Assembly: GCA_963727505.1 (NCBI GenBank)
Contig: CAVSGP010000004.1
Span: 160,001-224,000, forward strand
DNA length: 64,000 bases
Origin: an uncultured Trueperaceae bacterium
GTDB taxonomy: Bacteria > Deinococcota > Deinococci > Deinococcales > Trueperaceae
Reading direction: 5' to 3'
Each line of letters starts with the position of its first letter. Within the stretch, counting starts at the first letter, position 1. Shown in pieces: positions 9,803 to 20,777 of this stretch. The position numbers and the translations under genes were made by a program. Under the pieces are notes generated by a model. It saw nothing but the letters and a program-made list of their open reading frames with translations. It made no database searches and had not been told where the DNA came from.

Positions 9803-10939
9803 CTAGCTCCGCAGGCGGTCGACCACCGGCTCGAGCCCGCGGGCCTCGTCGATGAAGAGCTGCAGGTGCGGGAACGGGATCTGGATGCCCGCCCCGTCCA
9901 GGGCCTCCTTGGCGCCCTCGACCAGGCCGGAGCTCACCACCGGCTCGACGGCGATCGTCTCCGGCCCGATCCAGGCGAGCATCACCAGGTTCACCGACGA
10001 CGATCCCAATTCCTCCACCAGCACCGACGGCGCGTGCATGGCGTCCTGCAGCACCTGCGGGTGCTGCCGCAGCACCGGCATCAGCGCCTCGCGCGCGGCC
10101 CGCGCCGACTCCTTGTAGGCGATCCCCACCGGCACGCGCAGACGTAGTGGCCCGCCGGCTGACAGGTTGACGATCTCCGCCGACGCTACCTTGGCGTTGG
10201 GGATGGAGCTGTGCACGTTGTCGCGTGACACCACGCGGGTGGTGCGGAGACTGATGCGCTCGACCCGCCCCACCTTCCCGGCGAGCTCGACCCAGTCCCC
10301 GATCCGGAAGGGGCGCTCGATGAGCAGCGTGACGCCCGAGATGAAGTTCGACAGCGTGTCCTGCGCCGCGAACCCCACCGCGATCCCGACGACGCCCAGG
10401 GCGGTGATGACCCCCAGCACGTCGACGCCGAACTGGTCCATGACGGTGACCACCGCCAGGGCGGCAACGACCACGCCCACCACGTTGCGCAGGAGTTGCA
10501 CCAGAGAGCGGTCGAGCCCCGCGCGGGCGGTGGCGTTGGACAGCAACCGGTGCGTCATCAGCCAGGCCGCGTAGTAGACGAGCGCGAACAGCGCCGCGGT
10601 GGCGACGCGGCCGAGCACCGCGGTGGCGACGCCGAACTGCGCCAGCACCGCCAGCGACGCCAGCAGCGTGACGGCGTAGGCGAGCGCGCGCTGCAGCATC
10701 CTCACCAGGTCGGAGGGCACGCGCAGGCGCCGTCCCGCCACCTCGAACACGCGCGTCACGATGGCGTAGGCCGCCCCGAACAGCACCAGCAGCAACAGCG
10801 CCACGATCAGCCGGGTGGCGAGCGTGGCCAGCGCGCCTCCGCTGGCGACGCCCTGCGGCCCGAAGGGGCCGAGCGCCCGCAGCAGGCTCTGCCGAAGTTG
10901 CTCCCACACGCTGGCCAGGAAACCGCCGGCCCCGCTCAC
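9803..10939 (-). CDS. MscS-family mechanosensitive channel
   Basis: GFAAQDTLSNFISG, ERPFRIGDWV, IPNAK, VGIAY, IQIPFP, plus extra N-terminal TM helices. Start uncertain (GTG 10939 or 10978). Confidence 0.9.
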   Translation of the reverse strand: MSGAGGFLASVWEQLRQSLLRALGPFGPQGVASGGALATLATRLIVALLLLVLFGAAYAIVTRVFEVAGRRLRVPSDLVRMLQRALAYAVTLLASLAVLAQFGVATAVLGRVATAALFALVYYAAWLMTHRLLSNATARAGLDRSLVQLLRNVVGVVVAALAVVTVMDQFGVDVLGVITALGVVGIAVGFAAQDTLSNFISGVTLLIERPFRIGDWVELAGKVGRVERISLRTTRVVSRDNVHSSIPNAKVASAEIVNLSAGGPLRLRVPVGIAYKESARAAREALMPVLRQHPQVLQDAMHAPSVLVEELGSSSVNLVMLAWIGPETIAVEPVVSSGLVEGAKEALDGAGIQIPFPHLQLFIDEARGLEPVVDRLRS

Positions 10940-11055
10940 GCGGCCGCTCCGGTCGTGCTCGGCGGTCGGCCCCGGCACCGACAGCGCCGCGCCTTCGACC
11001 CCGTGACCCGGCCTCCGATCGGCGAGGTCAGCGCGCCTGTCAACGTCTGCGTCAT
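10936..11055 (-). CDS. Putative 39-aa leader ORF coupled to mscS (or frameshifted mscS N-terminus)
   Basis: TATACT -10 (11077-11082), GAGGAGG RBS, ATG 11055; its TGA overlaps the mscS GTG (GTGA). Confidence 0.35.
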   Translation of the reverse strand: MTQTLTGALTSPIGGRVTGSKARRCRCRGRPPSTTGAAA

Positions 11056-11117
11056 GACGTTCCCCTCCTCGCCGCGAGTATACGGGCGCGCCGAGGACCC
11101 GCGTCCGGGCCCGCGCG

Positions 11118-11126
11118 TGCTAAGAT
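11118..11126 (+). promoter_or_regulatory. Extended -10 promoter of rnpB
   Basis: TGcTAAGAT 8 nt before the predicted RNA 5' end. Confidence 0.65.
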
Positions 11127-11134
11127 TTTCCTTC

Positions 11135-11545
<411 letters not shown>

Positions 11546-11548
11546 TAC

Positions 11549-11578
11549 GGGGCGATCCTTCGGGGTCGCCCCCTTCTC
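11549..11578 (+). terminator. Hairpin terminator after rnpB
   Basis: GGGGCGAUCC-UUCG-GGGUCGCCCC with a short pyrimidine tail. Confidence 0.6.
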
Positions 11579-11618
11579 ATGCCGTTTCCAGGCTCCCCAC
11601 CCGTAGCCGCGCGGTCCT

Positions 11619-11668
11619 CTACGCCGCACGGCCCTACGCAACACGGCCCTGCGCAACACGGCCCTGCG
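11619..11668. repeat. 15-bp tandem repeat, about 3.3 copies
   Basis: ctacgccgcacggcc / ctacgcaacacggcc / ctgcgcaacacggcc / ctgcg. Confidence 0.8.
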
Positions 11669-11791
11669 TCGAACGCCTCCGACGGCCGTCGGGTACGAAG
11701 CGCTCCGGTGGGAGCGCCCGGGGGCTCGGCGCCGGCTCCGGCACGTCGGTGGGGGACCGGTGGGGAGGCCTTCGGCTAACGGGGTTATTTC

Positions 11792-11831
11792 GTGAGGAAC
11801 GGTGGGAGAACGTGGGAAAATGTGGTAGAAT
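11792..11831 (+). promoter_or_regulatory. MraZ-binding direct repeats overlapping the dcw promoter
   Basis: GTGAG, GTGGG, GTGGG, GTGGT at 11792, 11802, 11812, 11822 (10-bp period), ending in extended -10 TGgTAGAAT. Confidence 0.8.
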
Positions 11832-11894
11832 ATCCCGAAGCGGTTCGAGGCGGTGGGTACGCCGCAACCACGTGGAACGAGGAGCGACCAGGGC

Positions 11895-12323
11895 ATGCCG
11901 TTCGGGGAATTCCAGTACGCGGTGGACGACAAGGGCCGGGTGATCATGCCCCCCGCCTTCCGCGATTTCGTGGAGGATGGCATGGTCGTCACCCGCGGCA
12001 TGGAGGGTTGCCTCTACGTCTTCCCCGTGGCCTCCTGGCAGCGCATCGAGACCCGCCTCACCGAACTCCCCCTGACCGACCCGGAAGCGCGCAACTTCGT
12101 GCGCTTCTTCTATTCGGGCGCCGCCAAGGCGAAGCTCGACTCCGCCGGGCGCATCACCCTGCCCGCGACACTCCGCGCCTTCGCCGAGGTGGAGGGCAAC
12201 GTGGTGGTCGCCGGCGCACCCAACCGGCTGGAGGTCTGGAATGAGGACCGCTGGCTGAGCAACCTCACCGCCGTGCAGGCGCAACCGCCAGCACCCGACC
12301 TGCTGCGGGAGCTGGTGGGATGA
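11895..12323 (+). CDS. mraZ: Division/cell-wall cluster transcriptional repressor MraZ
   Basis: DDKGRV..P and DSAGRI..P repeats; first gene of the dcw cluster. Confidence 0.96.
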   Translation: MPFGEFQYAVDDKGRVIMPPAFRDFVEDGMVVTRGMEGCLYVFPVASWQRIETRLTELPLTDPEARNFVRFFYSGAAKAKLDSAGRITLPATLRAFAEVEGNVVVAGAPNRLEVWNEDRWLSNLTAVQAQPPAPDLLRELVG

Positions 12324-13225
12324 GCGCCGCCGCGCAACAGGCCCACCGCCCCGTGATGGTGGCTACGGCTCTGGAATATCTGCAGCCGCGCGCCGGCGTC
12401 TGGGTGATCGACGCCACCTTCGGCGCCGGCGGGCATACCCGCGCCCTGCTCGAAGCGGGCGCGAACGTTCTCGGCATCGATCAGGACCCCCGGGCCGCCG
12501 ACCACGTCGGCAGTCTCACCGACGACGGCGCAGCCGTCGCGCCTCGCGACGCGTCGGGCGCCTTCCTGTTCGCCGCGGGCAACTTCCGCGACATGGAGCG
12601 GCTGGCACGATCGCACGAGCTCTCCGCCGTCGCCGGTGTCCTCCTCGACCTGGGGGTCTCGTCGATGCAGCTCGACGAGGGGGAGCGCGGGTTCGCCTTC
12701 CGCGCCGACGGACCGCTCGACATGCGCATGGACGGCACCGGTCCCAGCGCCGCCGACATCGTCAACGAGGCTCCCATGGAGGAGATCGCAGCGCTGGTGT
12801 GGCGCTACGGCGAGGACCGCTACAGCCGCCGCATCGCCCGCCGCATCGTGGAGGCGCGCGAGCGCGCGCCGATCCTAACCACCGGCCGCCTGGCCGAGGT
12901 GGTGGCCTCGGCCTACCCCGGCGGTCCCCGCCGCGCGCACCCGGCGCGGCGCACCTTCCAGGCTCTACGGATCCATGTCAACGACGAGCTCGGCGCCCTC
13001 CAGGAAGGCCTCGAAGCCGCTGCCCGGCTGCTCGAGCAAGGGGGTCGGCTGGTGGTCATCAGCTACCACTCGCTGGAGGACCGCATCGTGAAGCGCTTCC
13101 TGAACGACTCGCCCCGCATGCATGCGCTCACCAAGAAGCCCCTGACGCCCAGCGAGGCCGAGGTGGAGGCCAACCCGCGGGCACGTGCCGCCAAGTTCCG
13201 TGCCGGCGAGAGGACAGCGGCGTGA
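12320..13225 (+). CDS. rsmH: 16S rRNA m4C1402 methyltransferase RsmH
   Basis: HRPVM, DATFGAGGH, DLGVSSMQLD, GPLDMRM, FQALRIHVN, ISYHSLEDR. Confidence 0.97.
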   Translation: MSAAAQQAHRPVMVATALEYLQPRAGVWVIDATFGAGGHTRALLEAGANVLGIDQDPRAADHVGSLTDDGAAVAPRDASGAFLFAAGNFRDMERLARSHELSAVAGVLLDLGVSSMQLDEGERGFAFRADGPLDMRMDGTGPSAADIVNEAPMEEIAALVWRYGEDRYSRRIARRIVEARERAPILTTGRLAEVVASAYPGGPRRAHPARRTFQALRIHVNDELGALQEGLEAAARLLEQGGRLVVISYHSLEDRIVKRFLNDSPRMHALTKKPLTPSEAEVEANPRARAAKFRAGERTAA

Positions 13226-13542
13226 ATCGCATCGCCCGTCGCGCCGTTCCCCTCTACCTCGGCCTGCTGTTGCTGCTGAGCGCGGTCGGGTTGGTGAACC
13301 AGGGGCTCTACCACCACCAGATGAACCTGATCGACGAGCGCCAGACGCTGCTCGACTCGGTCGCCAACCTACAGCTCGAGGCCGCCGGCGTGAACGGGCC
13401 GCTTGCGGTCACGCAGTGGGCGGACGCGCACGGCATGGTGCCGGCGCCGGAAGCCTCCAACGTCGGCGCCGTCGCGCCCGGCCCCGCCCCCCGGCTCACG
13501 CTGCCCGACAGCGGTCTGGAGATCCGCACGGTATGGCACTGA
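13222..13542 (+). CDS. ftsL: FtsL-like cell division protein
   Basis: Single TM helix followed by a coiled coil; lies between rsmH and the PBP; GTGA coupling. Confidence 0.65.
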   Translation: MNRIARRAVPLYLGLLLLLSAVGLVNQGLYHHQMNLIDERQTLLDSVANLQLEAAGVNGPLAVTQWADAHGMVPAPEASNVGAVAPGPAPRLTLPDSGLEIRTVWH

Positions 13543-14930
13543 ACGCGAGGAAGAAGAGCGATCCGTCGGAGCTGCGCTTCACGCGCCGCGGCCTCATGTC
13601 CGTCCTGCTGGTCGTGCCACTGCTGGCCGCTCTGTTCGGTTTCGCCAGTCAACAACATGGCGCTCCCAGCTTCCCGGCGCCGCCGGCCGACACCCCGGTG
13701 CGCGGCAAGATCCTCGCCTCGGACGGCACCGTGCTGGCCTATGGACCCGCCAACGACCGCCGCTACCCACAGGGCACGCTAGCGGCCAACCTGCTGGGAT
13801 TCACTGGCGCGATCCAGCCCGACGGGCGCTACGGACTCGAGGGCCTCGAATACCGCCTCGACCGTCGTCTCCAGGCCGGTCAGGACGTGCGTTTGACCAT
13901 CGACCCCACCCTTCAGGCCGCGGCCGAGACCAACCTGAAGCGTGTCGCCCAGAAGAACCAGGCAGCCGACGGCATGGCCGTCATCCTGGAGATCGGCACC
14001 GGGCGCATCCTGGCAGCGGCCAGCTACCCGAGCTTCGACCCCAACCACTGGCGCCAGGCGAGCAGCAACGACATGATGGACCGCCCCTTCGCGCAGGAGT
14101 ACGAGCCCGGCTCGGTCATGAAGCCGTTCGTGGTGGCCGGCCTCATCCAGGACGGCCTGCTGAGCCCGAACGAGACCATCGCGGCGCCCATGAGCGTGCA
14201 CGTGGGCGACAAGACCTTCCGGGACGTCGAGTGGCACAAACCGGAGCTGTCGATCCCCGACGTCCTGCGCTACTCCAGCAACGTCGGCATGATCCACCTG
14301 ACCTGGCGCTTCACGCCGCAACAGCTCCACGGCTGGCTGGCCCGCTACGGCTTCGGCCAGCCGCTCGACCTGACAAGCATCTACGCCACCTCCGGCATCC
14401 TCAACCCCTGGCAGAACTGGGTACCGCAGGACCAGGCCTCCAACACGATCGGTCAGAACGTCTCGACCACCACGGTCCAACTGGCCGCTGCCTACAGCAT
14501 CCTGGCCGACCGCGGAGTCTACGTGCCGCCCCGGCTGGTACAGGGGGCGAGCCTCCCGGCACCCCACCGCGTCCTCGACGCCAACGTGGCCGACACCGTC
14601 TTCAAGATGCTGGTGCACGTGGTGGACGCCAGCGATCTGAAGTACTCGAAGGTGCCCGGCGTGAGCGTAGCCGGCAAGACCGGTACCGCCGACATCTACG
14701 ATCGACGCCTCGGCACCTACCCCAAGGGCGAGTACTCGATCACCTTCGCGGGGGTCTTCCCCGCCGATCACCCCCGCGTGGTCACCATCGTCACCCTCCA
14801 GAAGCCGCAGGTGGGCAGCAAGACCAGCACCTGGGTCGCAGCGCCGCTGTTCCGCGCCATCGGGAGCGAGGTCGTGGCGCACTGGGGGTTGGCACCGGGC
14901 AGCGTCGCCCTCGCCGACAGCCGGCCGTGA
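13533..14930 (+). CDS. ftsI: Class B penicillin-binding protein (FtsI-like)
   Basis: RGKILASDG, RRYPQG, EPGSVMK (SxxK), YSSNVG (SxN), GKTGTA (KTG). Confidence 0.92.
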   Translation: MALNARKKSDPSELRFTRRGLMSVLLVVPLLAALFGFASQQHGAPSFPAPPADTPVRGKILASDGTVLAYGPANDRRYPQGTLAANLLGFTGAIQPDGRYGLEGLEYRLDRRLQAGQDVRLTIDPTLQAAAETNLKRVAQKNQAADGMAVILEIGTGRILAAASYPSFDPNHWRQASSNDMMDRPFAQEYEPGSVMKPFVVAGLIQDGLLSPNETIAAPMSVHVGDKTFRDVEWHKPELSIPDVLRYSSNVGMIHLTWRFTPQQLHGWLARYGFGQPLDLTSIYATSGILNPWQNWVPQDQASNTIGQNVSTTTVQLAAAYSILADRGVYVPPRLVQGASLPAPHRVLDANVADTVFKMLVHVVDASDLKYSKVPGVSVAGKTGTADIYDRRLGTYPKGEYSITFAGVFPADHPRVVTIVTLQKPQVGSKTSTWVAAPLFRAIGSEVVAHWGLAPGSVALADSRP

Positions 14931-14994
14931 GCCAATGCCGTACGAGGGGGGTCGTGAGCGCGTTGTGTAAAGTAGTCATGATATGGACCCGCCC

Positions 14995-16373
<1,379 letters not shown>

Positions 16374-16377
<4 letters not shown>

Positions 16378-17285
16378 CCGTCCTGCTCGCGACGGTGGCG
16401 GGCCTGGTGCTGACCGGCGTCTTCATCCAGCTCGCCAAGCGCTTCGGCTGGGGCAAGGTCGTTCGCGACGACGGTCCGGGGACCCATCTCGTGAAGGCAG
16501 GTACCCCGACCATGGGCGGCCTGGCGATCCTGCTCGCAGCCGCCACGGTCTGGCTGCTGCGTAGCCCCGACCCCGCGGCGGACCTCCCCCTGGTGGCACT
16601 GATCGCGCTGAGCGGCACCCTCGGCCTCTACGACGATGTGCTGTCCTTGCGACGCAAGGCCGACGAGGCCAGCGGGCTCGAGCCCAGCACCGGGCTGCTC
16701 GCCCGCTACCGGCTGCTCGGCCAGACGCTGGTGGCCCTCGCCTTCGCACTCTACGCGGTGCGCGCGGGCGCCTCGATGTTCGGCGTCCCCGCTCTCGACG
16801 TGTTCGCCTTCGCCTTCGTGGTGGTGGGAAGCGTCAACGCGCTCAACTTCTCCGACGGCCTGGACGGACTCGCCGCCGGTCTGATGTGCATCATGCTGCT
16901 GCTGTTCGCCGGCTCGCCGGTGGCTGCAGCGTTGCTGGGAGCGCTGCTCGGCTTCCTCTGGTACAACGGCCATCCCGCCCGCGTGTTCATGGGCGGGGTC
17001 GGCTCCGAAGCGCTGGGGGCCGCCCTCGCCGGGCTCGCGATCCTGCATGGCTGGGTCTGGTACCTGCCGCTCGTGGCGCTGGTGCCGGTGCTCGAGGTCC
17101 TGTCGGTGGTCGTGCAGGTGCTCTACTTCCGCGCCACAGGCGGCAAGCGCCTGTTGCGCATGAGCCCCCTCCACCACCACTTCGAGCTCTCGGGCTGGAG
17201 CGAAACGCGCGTGGTGATGCGCTTCTGGCTGGTGACCGCCGCGACCACCGCGCTGACGGCAGCGCTGGTGGGAGCGTGGCCGTGA
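16374..17285 (+). CDS. mraY: Phospho-MurNAc-pentapeptide transferase
   Basis: KAGTPTMGG, YDD, NFSDGLDGL, PARVFMG, PLHHHFEL. Confidence 0.96.
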
Positions 17286-18631
17286 GGGTGTTGGTCTACG
17301 GCCTCGGGCGCAGCGGTCTGGCGGCGGCACGCCTCCTCGCCAGGCAGGGGCACACGATCGAGACCTACGACGTTCGGACCGAGGGCGAGGACATCGCCAC
17401 GGCACGCGCCCTGGGCTGGCCTCCCCTGCCGTCGATAGACGCCAGCACCTCCCGCCTGTGCATCGCGGCACCGGGCGTCCCGATCGACCACCCGGACCTG
17501 CAGCGGCTGCGCGAGCGCGGGGTGGAGGTCATCGGCGAGGTCGAGTGGGTGCAGCGCACCGTGCCGGCCACTCTGGTAGGCGTCACCGGCACCGCCGGCA
17601 AGGGCACGACCACCCGCTGGATCGCCGACACGCTCGCGGCCGCGGGCGTCGACGCCGTCGCCGGCGGCAACATCGACCCGGCGCTCTCCGCCGTCGCCCG
17701 ACCGGGCGCCACGCTGGTGGTCGAGTTGTCGTCGTTCCAGCTCGAGCGCTGCCCGACGCTCAAGCCGCGCGTGGCCGTGGCCCTCAATCTGGGCGAGGAC
17801 CACATCGATCGGCACGGCAGCGTGGAGGCCTATCACGCCGCCAAGCGCAACATGATCGCCCACCAGGACGAGAACGACACCTTCGTCTACAACGTCGACG
17901 ACCCGCTGCTGCGCGGCTGGGCGGAGCGGTCGCGCGCGCGCGCCCTTGTCTTCTCGCTCGAGCGCGAGGCCGACGCCCGTTACCTCCGTCGCGACGGCAC
18001 GCTGCTGCTGGAGGGCCGACCGCTGCTCACCGCCGACCAACTGCAGGTGCGCGGCGAGCACCAGATCGCCAACGCGCTGGCCGTGGCGCTCGCCTGCCGG
18101 GCGCTCGGGCTCGAGCGCGACGCCATCGCCCACGGCCTGCGCACGTTCGCGGGTCTTCCGGGGCGCTACGCGCCTGCCGGATCGGTGGGTGGAGTGCACT
18201 TCATCGAGGACTCCATCGCCACCCGCCCTCTGGCCGTGGCCGCCGCGCTGCGCGCCACGCCGGCACCGCTGGTGTGGATCGCCGGCGGGCGCGCCAAGGG
18301 CGCGTCGCTGGAGGCGCTGCGAGGGCTGGTGCAGGAGCGGGTCTCGCTGCTGATCGGCATCGGCGAGTCCGGCCCCGCCTTCGCGCGCGCCTTCGCGCCG
18401 GACACCGACACCGCCGTGTGCTCCGAAGCCGACGGCCCGGCCGCTCTGCGCTGCGCCGTCGAGGGCGCCCTGACCTACCTGCGCGAGCACCACGAGGGTC
18501 GCGGCCATGTACTGCTGGCGCCGCTGGCCGCGTCCTTCGATCAGTTCCGGGACTACGCGGACCGCGCGCGCGCCTTCCGCGACGTCGTTGCCGCGGCGGG
18601 GAGGGAGCCCTCGTGGACCGCCTCCTGCTGA
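17282..18631 (+). CDS. murD: UDP-MurNAc-L-Ala--D-Glu ligase
   Basis: GLGRSG, GVTGTAGKGTTT, ELSSFQL, DHIDRH, DSIAT, ASFDQF. Confidence 0.95.
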   Translation: MRVLVYGLGRSGLAAARLLARQGHTIETYDVRTEGEDIATARALGWPPLPSIDASTSRLCIAAPGVPIDHPDLQRLRERGVEVIGEVEWVQRTVPATLVGVTGTAGKGTTTRWIADTLAAAGVDAVAGGNIDPALSAVARPGATLVVELSSFQLERCPTLKPRVAVALNLGEDHIDRHGSVEAYHAAKRNMIAHQDENDTFVYNVDDPLLRGWAERSRARALVFSLEREADARYLRRDGTLLLEGRPLLTADQLQVRGEHQIANALAVALACRALGLERDAIAHGLRTFAGLPGRYAPAGSVGGVHFIEDSIATRPLAVAAALRATPAPLVWIAGGRAKGASLEALRGLVQERVSLLIGIGESGPAFARAFAPDTDTAVCSEADGPAALRCAVEGALTYLREHHEGRGHVLLAPLAASFDQFRDYADRARAFRDVVAAAGREPSWTASC

Positions 18632-19665
18632 CCGTCCAGCTCCTGCTCGGCGCGCTGGGCATCGTAGGCGTCACGGCGGCGGCGCCCGGCAGCGCCATCG
18701 AGCACGCCTTGCGCTTCGTCGCGGGCCTGCTGCTGACGATCCTGGTGGCGCGGGCGTCCCCCCGCCGCATCACGCGCTTGAGCCCCGTGGCCTACGTCAC
18801 CATGCTGGCGCTGCTGCTGGCGGTGCTGGTGATCGGCGTGTCTCCAGCGGGCTCGGAGAGCCGCCGCTGGATCCTGCTCGGCCCCATCGCGCTGCAGCCC
18901 TCCGAGTTCATGAAGGTCACGGTGATCGCCTACCTGACGGCCTTCTTCTACAACCACCTGGGCAACTGGCAGATCTGGCGGCCGATGGTCGTGATCGGCC
19001 TGGCCGCCGGCCTGATCGTGGCCGAGCCGGACGTGAGCACGGCACTGTTCCTGTTCGCGCTGGCCTTCGCGATCATGATGGCGGCCGGCACCACCATCGT
19101 CCGCCTCGTCTCCATCAGCACCGCCGCCGCCCTCATCGCGGTCCTCGTGGCCGGCCCCTACCTCAGCCAGTTCCACTACCTGCAGCGCCGCATCCAGGGC
19201 TTCGCCGACCTGTGGGGTGGACAGCACCAGACGGCCAGCACCAGCTACCAGGCCTACGCCGCGCGGCTGGCCCTCGCCAAGGCAGGCGTCACCGGGCTCG
19301 GTGCGGGCGAGCCCGTACAGGTGCCCGAGGCCGAGACCGACATGGTCGCGGTGGCGGTGGGGCAAGCGCTCGGGATCATGGGCATCCTCGCACTGGTCAC
19401 GCTCTATATCGTCCTGGTCGGCCGCGGCCTGCGGATCGCGTCTTCCCTGAGCGGCCCGGGCAGCCTGCTGGCGGCCGGGGCCAGCGCCTACATCGGCGGG
19501 CAGGCCTGTCTCAACCTGCTGGTGGCCGCCGGGCTGCTCCCGATCACCGGCGTGCCCTTGCCGTTCGTCAGCTACGGGCTCAACAGCATGCTGTCGGTAT
19601 CGATCGCCATGGGCTTCATCCACGCCGCCTACCGCCAGGCGCGCAGCGAAGGGGCGGTGCTGTGA
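18613..19665 (+). CDS. ftsW: SEDS-family protein FtsW
   Basis: RRWI, LQPSEFMK, EPD, PEAETD, PITGVPLPFVSYG. Confidence 0.93.
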   Translation: MDRLLLTVQLLLGALGIVGVTAAAPGSAIEHALRFVAGLLLTILVARASPRRITRLSPVAYVTMLALLLAVLVIGVSPAGSESRRWILLGPIALQPSEFMKVTVIAYLTAFFYNHLGNWQIWRPMVVIGLAAGLIVAEPDVSTALFLFALAFAIMMAAGTTIVRLVSISTAAALIAVLVAGPYLSQFHYLQRRIQGFADLWGGQHQTASTSYQAYAARLALAKAGVTGLGAGEPVQVPEAETDMVAVAVGQALGIMGILALVTLYIVLVGRGLRIASSLSGPGSLLAAGASAYIGGQACLNLLVAAGLLPITGVPLPFVSYGLNSMLSVSIAMGFIHAAYRQARSEGAVL

Positions 19666-20777
19666 GCGTCTTGCCGCGCGGCGTGGACCTGCTGTTCGCC
19701 ACCGGCGGCACCGGCGGGCACATCTACCCCGCGCTGGCCGTGGCCCGCGCCGCCCGGGCCCACGGCCTGCAGGTGGCGTTCCTCGGCCAGGCCGGCGGTA
19801 TGGAGGCCCGCCTGGTCCCGGAGGCTGGGCATCCCTTCCTGGGGATCGCCGCGGGCAAGTGGGACCGTCAGCGGCCCGACCCGCGCCAGGCCCTACGGGC
19901 GGCCCGCGGCCTTCTGAGTGCGGTGCGCGCCGTGCGCGCGGCCCGGCCGCGCCTGGTGGTCGGCTTCGGGGGGTTCGCCTCCTTCCCCGGCTGCGCCGCC
20001 GCCGTGCTGACCGGGACGCCTCTGGCCCTGCACGAGGGGAACGCGTTCCCCAGCCGCGTCAACCGCTGGTTCGCACCCCGCGCCCGGATCGTGGTGGTTG
20101 CCCAGCAAGCGGCCGGCGAGCACCTGGGGGCGCGCGCGCTGGCGGTCGCCCCGTTCCCGGTGCGCGAGACCCGACTCGAGCGCGCCGACGCGCGACGGGC
20201 CCTCGGCCTCGATCCCGACGCCATCGTCACCCTGGTGATGGGAGGTTCGCAGGGGTCTCTCACCCTCAACCGCGCCGTGCCGGACGCCTACCGCGCGCTC
20301 CGTCGCGCCGGCCTTCAGGTGCTCCACTCCAGCGGCCCCCGGTGGTCTGATACGCTGCGCGGAAGTGTGGCCGACCTCCCCGAGTACCATGTTCACCCCT
20401 ACCTGGACGCAGCCCAGGCCTTCGCTGCCGCCGATCTCGCCATCACCCGCGCCGGCGTCGGGACGCTCAGCGAAGCCGCCTTCCACGGCACCCCGCTGGT
20501 GATGGTGCCGCTGCCGAGCGCTGCGGAGGACCACCAGCGCCACAATGCCGAGGCGGTCGAGGCCGCCGGCGCCGGCATCACCGTGCTGGAGGCCGATCTG
20601 GCCGACCTGGCAGGTGCCTGGCGCGCCCTGCTCGAACCTACCCGACGCTTCACCGCCGCCGCCGCAGCGCTCCGCCGCAGCCCGGCCGGCGCGGCCGAGC
20701 GTATCCTCGGGCTGCTCTTGCCCTACCTCTCCCCTGACGGCAACGGCGCCAGTCGGTTGACAGGGTCGGTCTTATGA
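19662..20777 (+). CDS. murG: Lipid II GlcNAc transferase MurG
   Basis: GGTGGHIYPA, GFGGFAS, GGSQG, ITRAG, HQRHNA. Confidence 0.96.
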   Translation: MSVLPRGVDLLFATGGTGGHIYPALAVARAARAHGLQVAFLGQAGGMEARLVPEAGHPFLGIAAGKWDRQRPDPRQALRAARGLLSAVRAVRAARPRLVVGFGGFASFPGCAAAVLTGTPLALHEGNAFPSRVNRWFAPRARIVVVAQQAAGEHLGARALAVAPFPVRETRLERADARRALGLDPDAIVTLVMGGSQGSLTLNRAVPDAYRALRRAGLQVLHSSGPRWSDTLRGSVADLPEYHVHPYLDAAQAFAAADLAITRAGVGTLSEAAFHGTPLVMVPLPSAAEDHQRHNAEAVEAAGAGITVLEADLADLAGAWRALLEPTRRFTAAAAALRRSPAGAAERILGLLLPYLSPDGNGASRLTGSVL

